54,298 nt of DNA. Origin: a virus (taxonomy: Duplodnaviria; Caudoviricetes). This document shows positions 17,313 to 26,814 of the stretch, one piece after another (position 1 is the stretch's first letter; each line of letters begins with the position of its first letter). The notes beneath the pieces are model-generated. The model was not told the origin of the DNA. It ran no database searches and saw only the letters and a program-made list of their open reading frames with translations. The position numbers and the translations under genes are program-made. The stretch is taken from the IMG/VR virus record IMGVR_UViG_3300020465_000027, positions 1 to 54,298 of that record, one strand, 5' to 3'.

Positions 17313-19916
17313 TTAACCATAAGTGGACATACTACCAAGAACTGTCCAAGCAGCATTTCCTGTCTTAACAACTGAGAAAGTATATACATCAATTGCATTA
17401 GCAGTACCAGCCGATATAGCAGTATCATTTGCCCATTTAACTGTAACTGAAGTACTATCAATTTTAAAACTGTTCATATAATATGCTGTTCCACCTTGTG
17501 TAGTCAACATAGAAACAGTCATAACCTCACCAGTATTCATCATTGCATTTAATTGAGTAGATGGGCCTCCACGTAAATTAAATCCCCAGTTAGCACCTGC
17601 ATTATTAGTGTAATAATGGAGTGCATTATCTTCTAAGTTAATATTAACATTAGCTCCAGTTAATGTGTCAGTCTTAATATCTGCGTTTTCAAGAATTTCA
17701 TTAACAACAAGTCTATTGACTTCTAAACGACCTACTTTTACATCTGCATCACTATATGTTAAATCATTTCCAGCAGTTGATCCATCAAACGTACCAGTAC
17801 CAAATACAATTTTATTCTGACTCTCATCCCATCCCATGAAGACGTTAGAATCAGAACCACGTTCAATAATAATACCAGCATCCTTAGTAGCACTACCAGT
17901 AGTACCAGTTCCTAATTCTATTCTTACATCAGAAATTGTTGTATTGCTAGAGTTAACTGTACTTGTAGTACCATTAACAGTCATGTTTCCAGTAACTGTT
18001 AAGTCATTTCCAACAGTAAAATCGCCACTACTGGAACTAATAGCATCAACATATGTTTTTACAGCACGTTGAGTTGGAACTTTAACATCACTGTTTTGAG
18101 ATAAAGTGCCATCTGTTGAGAATTCATTGATAGAAGCACCAATAAGTCCACCAATAGCACCAAGTTGTAATGACTGAAGACCCTTCAAATCAAAAGCAGA
18201 AGAGTTAAGAGTTGCTGTACCTGTTGCTTGGTCTACCTTAAAGAATTCTCCAACATAGAAATTACCTAAGTCATCAGTTGCAACATAGTAAACTCGTCCT
18301 GGATCAGTTGCGTTAGTGATAATCTGATCTGCCTGAGATGGAGATTGTGTTGGTTCACCTGGCCAGTTAGTTGTTGTTTTATCACCAGTACCAACTTGTA
18401 AGAAGTCGTGACCAGTGAGTCTAATAATACTAAATCTCTTTCTACATTTAACGATTGTAGCATCAGCAACAGGTGTAGCTCTAGAGGTAGAAAATACAAT
18501 TACATGATAAGCAACACTATTTGCTGTAACAGAACTTACTGACTGAATCTGATAAGCGTTACCATCTGTCTGAGCAAATTCTAATGAGTCACCTGCAACA
18601 GCTGAGTTACTAAATTGTGTTACCAGTATTCTACCAGACTGATTACTTTCAAATGAACCACCAGAATCTAGTGTTGCAGTAGCACCAGAAGCACCACCTG
18701 TTACAGTTTCACTTGCTTGGAATGTACCTGTCTTTCCTACAATATAAATTCTTTTTGGTTCTGACTGAACATTAGCAACGTAGGCAGTAGCACCTGATGT
18801 TCCACCAGTTATTTGCTCACCAAGAGTAAAGGCTGTTGTAATGACGTTAGTGTAGGTAAGCATTGTACCTTTAACAGTTCCGTCATTTGTTGTTTCTGTA
18901 GAATCTGAACCAGCAGAGTACACACCATACTCACCATAAGAGTTACTGGAGTTTAGAGATCTTATCTTAGCACCACCAGTAGCAGCATAACCTACTTGAC
19001 AATAGTATGTAAAACCACTAATAATCTCAATAGCACCATTGTCTCTTGCATAAATTCCAAGACCATCACTATGAATAGCAGTATATGTATGGAATAACAT
19101 ACTCTTGTTACCAGAGTTATGTAAAGCACCATCAACTAATGCACCAGTAGCACCATCACCAAACGAAGTTACATTATAGATGTAAGGTGATTTAGTTGCA
19201 ATTGGACTAGCAGCATTCAATGCAAAATAAGTACCACCAATTGTTGCATTTTCGGGTTTATATGCTGGACTTCCTGCTGTGTATCCACCCATACCATCAA
19301 GAATAATATCTTGAATAATAGTACCATCACTACAACGGAATAGTGTAGAACGAGTATTGAGAATAGAACCACCAGAATCTAGTCCTGAACCTGGTTTAAT
19401 AATAGTTGATCTTAAACTGTCACCAGCAATTGTTGTATATGGAGGAATAACAATTGGAAGTTGAACTTCTTCGTATACACCTGCCTTTATGAAAATGATT
19501 GCGGGATTTAATGCATCAGGTGTTCCTATAGAACCAGAAGCATACTTAAGACTTCTAAACGCTGTATCAATAGAACCACCACGACCTTGTGCATCAACAC
19601 CATTAGTAGAAACATAGTAAACTGTTGGAGCACCACCAATACCACCCCAAGATACATCAGTTCCGTCAGTTTTAAGAACAGATCCAGCAGCACCAATATT
19701 TAACTTGGCAATCTTACCGTTAGCATCATAGTAAAGAATGTCTCCTCGTGTACCCGTATTGATGTTCTCTCCTTGAAGACTTAATTGACCACTTGCGGTA
19801 AATGCTTGAGTACCAGTAACAGACATTGTACCCGTTACTGCAAGACTGTGAGAGTCTGGGATTGTGACAGTCGTACCAGTACGACCTTTAATATTATCTA
19901 CTCTTAATGTTGACAT
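17313..19916 (-). CDS. Tail fibre/virion structural protein (paralogue of 2311..7356)
   Basis: 867 aa; shares the IKAGVYEE, KSPYIYN, RLTGHDFL.VGTG, PGRVYYV.TD, GASINEFSTDGTLSQNSDVK and C-terminal DVYTF blocks with the 1681-aa protein. Confidence 0.75.
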   Translation of the reverse strand: MSTLRVDNIKGRTGTTVTIPDSHSLAVTGTMSVTGTQAFTASGQLSLQGENINTGTRGDILYYDANGKIAKLNIGAAGSVLKTDGTDVSWGGIGGAPTVYYVSTNGVDAQGRGGSIDTAFRSLKYASGSIGTPDALNPAIIFIKAGVYEEVQLPIVIPPYTTIAGDSLRSTIIKPGSGLDSGGSILNTRSTLFRCSDGTIIQDIILDGMGGYTAGSPAYKPENATIGGTYFALNAASPIATKSPYIYNVTSFGDGATGALVDGALHNSGNKSMLFHTYTAIHSDGLGIYARDNGAIEIISGFTYYCQVGYAATGGAKIRSLNSSNSYGEYGVYSAGSDSTETTNDGTVKGTMLTYTNVITTAFTLGEQITGGTSGATAYVANVQSEPKRIYIVGKTGTFQASETVTGGASGATATLDSGGSFESNQSGRILVTQFSNSAVAGDSLEFAQTDGNAYQIQSVSSVTANSVAYHVIVFSTSRATPVADATIVKCRKRFSIIRLTGHDFLQVGTGDKTTTNWPGEPTQSPSQADQIITNATDPGRVYYVATDDLGNFYVGEFFKVDQATGTATLNSSAFDLKGLQSLQLGAIGGLIGASINEFSTDGTLSQNSDVKVPTQRAVKTYVDAISSSSGDFTVGNDLTVTGNMTVNGTTSTVNSSNTTISDVRIELGTGTTGSATKDAGIIIERGSDSNVFMGWDESQNKIVFGTGTFDGSTAGNDLTYSDADVKVGRLEVNRLVVNEILENADIKTDTLTGANVNINLEDNALHYYTNNAGANWGFNLRGGPSTQLNAMMNTGEVMTVSMLTTQGGTAYYMNSFKIDSTSVTVKWANDTAISAGTANAIDVYTFSVVKTGNAAWTVLGSMSTYG

Positions 19917-19955
19917 GCTATGCTATTCCGTAATTTGGCGAGTACTATTCTGTGT

Positions 19956-19963
19956 TATTTATA
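19956..19963 (-). promoter_or_regulatory. T4-like late promoter (TATAAATA)
   Basis: Perfect T4 gp55 consensus about 40 nt upstream of the ATG at 19916. Confidence 0.7.
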
Positions 19964-20522
19964 TAATCAATACTGCTCCGTCATCAACAGTCATAGTAAA
20001 AGTATCATCTATATCCACAGGTATATCTTCTTGGGCGTAACTTGGAACAATAATATATCCAACTTTCTTTTTACCAGTTAGAAACATGTCTTTGACAATG
20101 GATGTTCTGATATTATCTGCAAATCCAACCAATTTCTGTGAATTAGTTTGCTCAGTATTATTTGAGAAAAACTCATATGATGTAGTGTCTGAAATAATCA
20201 ATGCACAATCATCATCTATAGTTACTGTAATTGTATCATCAATATCAACTGTTGCATCTTCGTGACTGTATATTTCTGCTAGTTTTGCAGGTGACCCTAT
20301 AGTAGAATCTACATCAAACCCACCATAGTAAAAATATATTGTTTTATCATCTACATCAGATATTGTACCAATATCCGAACCAGCAACTTGAATACTAGCA
20401 GCGTTGATAGCAGCAGTGCCCGTAAAAACACTATGAATATCAGTTGCTATATCGTTAATAACCTGTCTTTGAAACTCAATCGTATTAGACGGTTGTACGG
20501 TCTTTTTTGTTGTTGCTGGCAT
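19959..20522 (-). CDS. Putative tail-fibre adaptor protein
   Basis: 187 aa; N-terminal TIEFQRQVINDIATD resembles two fibre N-termini in this window; duplicated VDIDDTxTxTxDDxxxLII motif. Confidence 0.65.
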   Translation of the reverse strand: MPATTKKTVQPSNTIEFQRQVINDIATDIHSVFTGTAAINAASIQVAGSDIGTISDVDDKTIYFYYGGFDVDSTIGSPAKLAEIYSHEDATVDIDDTITVTIDDDCALIISDTTSYEFFSNNTEQTNSQKLVGFADNIRTSIVKDMFLTGKKKVGYIIVPSYAQEDIPVDIDDTFTMTVDDGAVLII

Positions 20523-20545
20523 TTAACTAAAATATACCCTAGGGT

Positions 20546-20552
20546 TATTTAG
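20546..20552 (-). promoter_or_regulatory. T4-like late promoter variant (CTAAATA)
   Basis: CTAAATA overlapping the upstream stop, about 24 nt before the ATG at 20522. Confidence 0.55.
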
Positions 20553-20794
20553 TCAGAAGAGACCGCTGTGGATTCTAAAGGGGTCTCCTGTATTTCTGGT
20601 TCTGTAAGAGGTGGCGATTGCTCTTGGACTCCATCCTGCGTTTTTGGGGAGAGTAACTCCAATGTTTCTAATCCACCTAACAATTTTGTTTTGTATTCGT
20701 TAAGTTGTTTTAAATTCTTTTCCGCTTCAGCAATTTTTGCTTCAGCATCTTTTAATTGTTTGTCAAATTCAATTTTTAAACTTGCAGGATCCAT
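20549..20794 (-). CDS. Small coiled-coil hypothetical protein
   Basis: 81 aa; heptad pattern LKDAEAKIAEAEKNLKQLNEYKTKLLGGLETLELL; own late promoter. Confidence 0.7.
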   Translation of the reverse strand: MDPASLKIEFDKQLKDAEAKIAEAEKNLKQLNEYKTKLLGGLETLELLSPKTQDGVQEQSPPLTEPEIQETPLESTAVSSD

Positions 20795-20818
20795 AATAAT
20801 TAAATGGTAATATAGTAA

Positions 20819-20826
20819 TATTTATA
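20819..20826 (-). promoter_or_regulatory. T4-like late promoter (TATAAATA)
   Basis: Perfect consensus in the intergenic gap, about 25 nt upstream of the ATG at 20794. Confidence 0.7.
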
Positions 20827-20834
20827 TGAGTATT

Positions 20835-21191
20835 TTACGATGGTTTTGTTGGCCAAGTAATGTTTGATAAGTTGATATCAGAAGGAGTTTGATTTGCTGG
20901 AAGATCTCTTAATTCTTGTCTATAAGATTGCCACTTAGTTCTAGTTGCTTCGGGAATATCAATCTGTTGTGTCCAATCTGTAGATTCTAATAACCCATTT
21001 CTTTTTTTTCTTAACACTTTCATTGGTTCAGCATTATTCAGTTCTGTAATTTTATTATTAATTTCATCCTCTGTTGGTTTTGTTGTACCACTATCTAACC
21101 AAGTAAGACCAGAATATCCATCATCTTCATCAAACAACCATTCTGAATTAGGTCTTAGTGCTATTAATGCTGTAATTAAATCATGTTCCAT
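20835..21191 (-). CDS. Tail fibre assembly chaperone (Tfa/XkdW-like)
   Basis: LRKKRNGLLESTDWTQ..D...W..YRQELRDLP...WPTKP motif, directly downstream of a fibre gene. Confidence 0.8.
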   Translation of the reverse strand: MEHDLITALIALRPNSEWLFDEDDGYSGLTWLDSGTTKPTEDEINNKITELNNAEPMKVLRKKRNGLLESTDWTQQIDIPEATRTKWQSYRQELRDLPANQTPSDINLSNITWPTKPS

Positions 21192-21195
21192 ATCA

Positions 21196-24186
21196 TTAAA
21201 TAAGTTCTTGTACTGTTAAAGATGTTCCCTTCATTATTTTAACAGGTCCATTATCATTAGTACCATATCGTCTAAATTTAAGATAATATGTTACGTTGTT
21301 TCCACCGTGATTATTAGTATCCTTAACAGTTAAATTAAAACCTGTATTAGTATAACCAGAGTCACCACTATGATCTGCTAAACTACTTACACAAGATGTT
21401 CCTATTATAGAACTATCTCTATATAATACTGCTTCACATCTGTTTTTTTCTGGGTCATCATAATCGTCTTGTCGCCATGATCCCATCATACCAGCAGCAA
21501 CAATTAACAATGATGAACTAGATACGTTTGGATTAACAGTTAAAACATGTGCTGTTTGATAGGATTGGGAACTAGTTGATATATCACTAGTTCGTATTAC
21601 CGATTCAACAACTGGTACAGTGCTACTAACAGATCCCCATATAGGTTGTGAACTAGAACCTTGACTAATTAATACTTCTCCTGATGATCCATAATCTTCT
21701 ACATCAACCTGACCAACTCCAAAAGCACCAGATCTATTGATTGCAAATCTTTGAGTGTTTGTTACTTGATCAATAAACCTCAATCTAGAATTAGAGGTAG
21801 TAGTTCCATATACATCAATTGCAAATGATTGAACACCGTCAGAATCTTCAAATTGTAAATGACCACCTTCTACAGATGTATTAGTTCTTTTGAGAATTGT
21901 TTCACCATTATTTTGTACTCTAAACCTCTCAGTACCATCTATCACAACTTTAAAATATCCAGATCCACCATCAACTATTTCCGCACTTGTATTGCCTTCT
22001 ATTATTTTATCAGCATCAGGTATGGTAGGTTTACCACTTAAAGATGACCAAGTACCATCAAACAAAGTAGGTTTATTGGATAGATCATTCCATGATCCAG
22101 AGAACAATGTAGGTTTATTGGATAGATCATTCCATGATCCAGAGAACAATGTAGGTTTGTTAGATAGATCATTATAGTTACCAGAAAATCCACCTGATTG
22201 AGTTCCTACCACCCATTGACCAGTTGAAGAACTCCATTTAAGAATGGAATCATTAGCAGGTGATCCAGAAAAATTAACATCACTTAACTGACTAAGTTGT
22301 GTAACTAATGTAGGTTTATCTGATAGATCATTCCATGATCCAGAAAATATTGTAGGTTTGTTAGATAGATCGTTATATGATCCAGAAAACAAAGTTGGTT
22401 TATTAGATAGATCGTTATATGATCCAGAAAACAAAGTTGGTTTATTTTTAATAAAATCTACTGAACCACTATTACTTTGATTCCAATCAGATTGAATTTG
22501 TGATACACCACCACCTGTTGCATCATCTGCAAGTTCCCAAGAAGACCCATTGTACTTAAGAATTTTACCAACAGCAGCACCAGTCGTCGCATCTACATCA
22601 GTAAGATCATTAAGAGTTGATGGTATTGTAGGTTTACCACTTAAGGATGACCAAGTGCCATCAAATAAAGTAGGTTTATTTGTTAGATCAGTATATGATC
22701 CAGAAAATAATGTAGGTTTACCACTTAAAGATGACCAAGTACCATCAAATAAATTTGGTTTATTAGATAGATCGTTATACGATCCAGAAAATAAAGTAGG
22801 TTTATTAGATAGATCATTATAGTTACCAGAAAATCCAGAGGGAGGATCTACCCATATAAGAGCACTACCATTAGATTGTAAGTACTTACCATTATTATGA
22901 GAAATAGGTGTATCATCTAGTCCAATAAAAGTTTGATTACTACCAGTGGCTGTACAGTAAATATAACAAAGAGCGTAGTATGGAGGTATTGTATTAACAG
23001 TATCAGATCCAGAAATATTAACTGTATCAGATCCTGTGATAGTAACAGTATCAGAACCTGAACCACTAAAAGAGTGCTGATGGGCATTATAACCGCTACT
23101 TGGATAACCACCACCACCTTCAGTTGCACCACCAGTAGTTCCACTGATGGTTATATTGACTGTATCAGATCCTGAGATAGTAACTGTGTCAGAACCAGAA
23201 ATATTGACTGTATCAGTTGCAGAACCACCAGTCGCACCAACACTGTAATTATTACCTGCACCAATAACAAACTTATCTCTCAAATCTGGTGATCCATTAG
23301 TGCCATCGCATAATTGCCAACCTGTAGGAATACTAGCTACCGAACCAGACCACATCATTACAGATCCTACAGCAACATTACCACCTCCACTGCCTGCTCC
23401 ACCACCATCATCTGCCACTACCCAAGATGTTGTACTAAGATCATATTTAAGAATCTTACCATTTGCTAAGTTAGTTGTTGCATCTACATTACTAAGATCG
23501 TTAAGAGTATATGATGGATTTGATGACAAATAAGTAGTACTGTCTATACTACCATCTGCTTTTAAAAATTCTGATGATGATCCTCCTATCTTTTTAAAAC
23601 TACCTGCGGACAATTCTCCAGATGTAGAATTAAATTTAAAAGATGAATTTGTGTGTGGAGTTTGATTATTTGTTGGAGCACCACAAAAAACTGGAAAACA
23701 TTCTGTGTCTCCAGATTCATCTGTTAAATTTAAGTTAGTTGTAGTGGATGATGATGACGCAGTAATTACACCATTATTGATAGTGATAGAAGTTCCGTCA
23801 ATTTTTACACCACCAAGAACAGTGGTAGTTGCGGTTGGTAAACTGTACGTACTTGCTCCACTAATTACTCCATTAGCATCAATATTGATTGAGGATCCGT
23901 CAACTTTTACACCACCAAGAACTGTAGTAGAAGCGGTTGGTAATGTGTATTGTTGTGTAATATATGATGATAAATCTGGTGGAGTATATGTAAATACGCC
24001 AGTTGATTGATTATAAGATAATGATGCTGTACCTACTGAAGAAGTGTTTACAGAAAGATCACCAAGTCCTATTCCACTAGTAGAACTACTATAAATTTTC
24101 CAAGTGGTTCCATCCCATATCCACGATTTACCACCATCAGTATGGATATCATTTGGGTTGGGATTGTCAGGAAAATTAATTGCCAT
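21196..24186 (-). CDS. Tail fibre protein with tail-collar domain and 14-aa tandem repeats
   Basis: MAINFPDNP N-terminus; collar motif GSVMMWSG...IPTGWQLCDG.NGSPDLRDKFVIGAG...PPYYAL; 12 LFSGSYNDLSNKPT-type repeats. Confidence 0.8.
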   Translation of the reverse strand: MAINFPDNPNPNDIHTDGGKSWIWDGTTWKIYSSSTSGIGLGDLSVNTSSVGTASLSYNQSTGVFTYTPPDLSSYITQQYTLPTASTTVLGGVKVDGSSINIDANGVISGASTYSLPTATTTVLGGVKIDGTSITINNGVITASSSSTTTNLNLTDESGDTECFPVFCGAPTNNQTPHTNSSFKFNSTSGELSAGSFKKIGGSSSEFLKADGSIDSTTYLSSNPSYTLNDLSNVDATTNLANGKILKYDLSTTSWVVADDGGGAGSGGGNVAVGSVMMWSGSVASIPTGWQLCDGTNGSPDLRDKFVIGAGNNYSVGATGGSATDTVNISGSDTVTISGSDTVNITISGTTGGATEGGGGYPSSGYNAHQHSFSGSGSDTVTITGSDTVNISGSDTVNTIPPYYALCYIYCTATGSNQTFIGLDDTPISHNNGKYLQSNGSALIWVDPPSGFSGNYNDLSNKPTLFSGSYNDLSNKPNLFDGTWSSLSGKPTLFSGSYTDLTNKPTLFDGTWSSLSGKPTIPSTLNDLTDVDATTGAAVGKILKYNGSSWELADDATGGGVSQIQSDWNQSNSGSVDFIKNKPTLFSGSYNDLSNKPTLFSGSYNDLSNKPTIFSGSWNDLSDKPTLVTQLSQLSDVNFSGSPANDSILKWSSSTGQWVVGTQSGGFSGNYNDLSNKPTLFSGSWNDLSNKPTLFSGSWNDLSNKPTLFDGTWSSLSGKPTIPDADKIIEGNTSAEIVDGGSGYFKVVIDGTERFRVQNNGETILKRTNTSVEGGHLQFEDSDGVQSFAIDVYGTTTSNSRLRFIDQVTNTQRFAINRSGAFGVGQVDVEDYGSSGEVLISQGSSSQPIWGSVSSTVPVVESVIRTSDISTSSQSYQTAHVLTVNPNVSSSSLLIVAAGMMGSWRQDDYDDPEKNRCEAVLYRDSSIIGTSCVSSLADHSGDSGYTNTGFNLTVKDTNNHGGNNVTYYLKFRRYGTNDNGPVKIMKGTSLTVQELI
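22021..22837 (-). repeat. 42-bp (14-aa) tandem repeats in three blocks (4, 3 and 5 units)
   Basis: e.g. gatccagaaaacaaagttggtttatt at 22379 and 22421; a 33-bp exact copy at 22160-22192 and 22805-22837. Confidence 0.9.
22995..23220 (-). repeat. 24-bp (8-aa) SDTV(N/T)I(S/T)G repeats inside the collar domain
   Basis: TDTVNISGSDTVTISGSDTVNI...SDTVTITGSDTVNISGSDTVNT. Confidence 0.8.
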
Positions 24187-24188
24187 TG

Positions 24189-24437
24189 TTATTTGTTATA
24201 ATATCCTCTTGGGAATTTTAAATTATACACAGGTCTTCTACCATGTATAAATCCACGAATAGATTTTTCAAGACCAGTAAATACAAAACTATTTTGAAGA
24301 ACATCTGTTTGTCCTTGTGCTCTCGCACTAGAAGATGTTGTTAGTGGATTAAAAGCAGTTGCTGTCGTTGCTTTGAATTCTATAGAAGGATTCTCCATTG
24401 TTACTGGAGATTCATTTATGAAATTGAAATTTGCCAT
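24189..24437 (-). CDS. Small hypothetical protein
   Basis: 82 aa; TAATG-coupled; basic C-terminus RGFIHGRRPVYNLKFPRGYYNK. Confidence 0.7.
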   Translation of the reverse strand: MANFNFINESPVTMENPSIEFKATTATAFNPLTTSSSARAQGQTDVLQNSFVFTGLEKSIRGFIHGRRPVYNLKFPRGYYNK

Positions 24438-26809
24438 TATGTTGTCCTCGCACAGAATAACATACCTTCAGCTGTATTATTTGCAATACCATCTTGACCA
24501 GTTTGATTAGTTAAATTATCAGCATTGACAACGGTATAAACTTCACTCGCACTAATAGTTACTGTATCACCTGGCAAAAATTCTGTTGCACCAGGAGATA
24601 CCTCTGCCATTATCATTACAAAATCATCAGGTATGTAATATGGACAAGGTGCTAAATTATATGAAATAGGAAGTCCTTTTATGGGTTTGTAATAATTTAC
24701 TCCCACTGAAGCTTTTTGATCTGCTTTTAATTGAAATACATCTTGAGTATTTTGATAAAAATCATAAGTATTACTTCTATAATATACATGGACATCCTGT
24801 TCACTAGTTTGATTAAAACCATTAATGTTAGTATTGTACTGAGTAACTGCTACAAAATCTCCACCAGTATTTCTAAGATAACCATATGATGCTTCTCGTG
24901 CTAATGATTGACTTGATACGGGATCGGCATTAACACCAAAACTACCTCCTGATGAATAACCAGTAGAAGTCATATATCTAGTTTGCACATATTTATCATG
25001 AGATTTTTGTGATTGCCATTGAGTTCTAAAATCAGTATAAGTTCCTAAGAAAACATCATCTAGATCCCATACGTTTCCACCAAATGTTGATCCTTTATGT
25101 AATGCAAAAGTAAAATATGTTCTGTCTACACCATTAATTGTTTGTATGAATGATATCACAGCAAAATTAGTATCTTGTGGTGCTTGTGCTTTATGATATC
25201 TTATTTTTAATGTATAGTTTGTAGGTCCTGCACTTGTAGCATAATCATGAACATCATAATATGTAGTTGAATCTCTGCTCATATACTGAAGTCCACTACC
25301 ATAATCTAATCCCATATCACCATTAAAACAACCAAAATATCCTGGATAACTAGAATCGTAAACAAAATGTTTTCCTAGTCTATTCAGATATGACCATCCA
25401 GAACCAGAGTAAATTTTAAGTTGATAATTATTACTGTGTAAAGTAAATCCCCAATAAGTAGTGCCAAATTTTTTATTAGCATCATTTTCAATTCTTAAAA
25501 CACCAAAAGAACCATCAGGATGTTTCTGATACATATTTGCACCAGCACCTAAACTTGTAGTAAGGATACTACATATACCATCAGCAGCACCAACACTAGT
25601 TTCATCTGTGTTAGTTCCAAATACAATATCATTTGCAGGTGTAGAACCACCTATTGCAGTACCAGGAATTGTAAATACTTCATTGTCAGACCATCCAGTT
25701 GCTTTACTACAAATTAGGATACCACTAATTGTTCCTTTGTCAGTGCCCCCTTCATCACGAAATATTCTCAATTTTAATTCACCTCTACTACCACTAGCAG
25801 GTACAGTGTATTTGTAATATGCCCTATTATTATAACTTGTATTGTCTAATCCAAAATTTATAACGACATTACCTTTCATACTTGAATTAACGGTATTAGC
25901 ATAACCATAGGCATGTATTCCTGTATATCCAGTGCCATCAATTTGTGTTGGATCTAAAACTTCATTTTCTGTTTGTCTAAAATATTCAGTGTCCCATAGG
26001 TAAGGATCAAGATAAGTTCCACTACCAGTTATTCGTTGAACAGATGAATATATGTTATCATCATTATGAAAATCTCTATCTGATGCATATGCAGCACCTT
26101 TTACAAAATCACAAAATCTAAAATCACCACCATCATTTGAATTTACATGAACTCTAATTTGATCTCCTTTTGAAACTGTTATGGTTGGATTTGTCTGAGA
26201 ATCTTTTCTGAAATGTTTTGGATCAGACATTGATGTATAAGTTATGGGAATTATACCTACGTTATTATTAGCATCCGATTCTGAATTATGTAATGTAATT
26301 GAATTATCATCAACTCTTCTCATATAATAAGTATTGCCAGAACTAAGTCCAGTAAATACATCAGATCCTTGACCAGTGTAATTAAGTTTTGTTCCTGTAG
26401 GAAATATAATTGGATCCATATTACCACTGAGATCTATTATATTACTAGAACCAGAACTAGTTGGTCTTATTTCTTCAGCAATTTGATATGATGTTGTGCC
26501 ATTATTAGTTACATATAAACGTCTTGAATAATTTGTCCAAGTTATAGCAGATCCACCACATTTTGCAAATGCATCATCTCCATCTGGTATGGGAGTTGCA
26601 TCGTAATGATATCTAATACATCTGGCAAAGTTGCTAGATTGAGATAAATTAAAACCAGGATATAAGATAGCAATAGGAACACCATCTTCCTGAGAACCGC
26701 TATTGAATCCCATGTCATAGAAAACTTTTTCTAAGGCATTCATAACATCAGCGTTTGTCCAACCACTGTTGCCATTGTTTACCAATTCAGTTCCTATAGT
26801 AACTGCCAT
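24437..26809 (-). CDS. Putative virion/tail-fibre-associated protein
   Basis: 790 aa, Tyr/Gly/Asn-rich; lies between fibre genes; no catalytic motif recognised. Confidence 0.65.
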   Translation of the reverse strand: MAVTIGTELVNNGNSGWTNADVMNALEKVFYDMGFNSGSQEDGVPIAILYPGFNLSQSSNFARCIRYHYDATPIPDGDDAFAKCGGSAITWTNYSRRLYVTNNGTTSYQIAEEIRPTSSGSSNIIDLSGNMDPIIFPTGTKLNYTGQGSDVFTGLSSGNTYYMRRVDDNSITLHNSESDANNNVGIIPITYTSMSDPKHFRKDSQTNPTITVSKGDQIRVHVNSNDGGDFRFCDFVKGAAYASDRDFHNDDNIYSSVQRITGSGTYLDPYLWDTEYFRQTENEVLDPTQIDGTGYTGIHAYGYANTVNSSMKGNVVINFGLDNTSYNNRAYYKYTVPASGSRGELKLRIFRDEGGTDKGTISGILICSKATGWSDNEVFTIPGTAIGGSTPANDIVFGTNTDETSVGAADGICSILTTSLGAGANMYQKHPDGSFGVLRIENDANKKFGTTYWGFTLHSNNYQLKIYSGSGWSYLNRLGKHFVYDSSYPGYFGCFNGDMGLDYGSGLQYMSRDSTTYYDVHDYATSAGPTNYTLKIRYHKAQAPQDTNFAVISFIQTINGVDRTYFTFALHKGSTFGGNVWDLDDVFLGTYTDFRTQWQSQKSHDKYVQTRYMTSTGYSSGGSFGVNADPVSSQSLAREASYGYLRNTGGDFVAVTQYNTNINGFNQTSEQDVHVYYRSNTYDFYQNTQDVFQLKADQKASVGVNYYKPIKGLPISYNLAPCPYYIPDDFVMIMAEVSPGATEFLPGDTVTISASEVYTVVNADNLTNQTGQDGIANNTAEGMLFCARTT

Positions 26810-26814
26810 TTTTA

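Noticed and set aside
21002-21009. A8 run (A AAA AAA) in the fibre chaperone gene as a -1 frameshift site
   Set aside because: The -1 frame stops after about 14 codons, no stimulatory structure is evident, and it is explained by Arg-Lys-Lys-Arg codons
22021-22837. CRISPR-like array
   Set aside because: The repeats are contiguous, in frame and protein-coding, with no unique spacers
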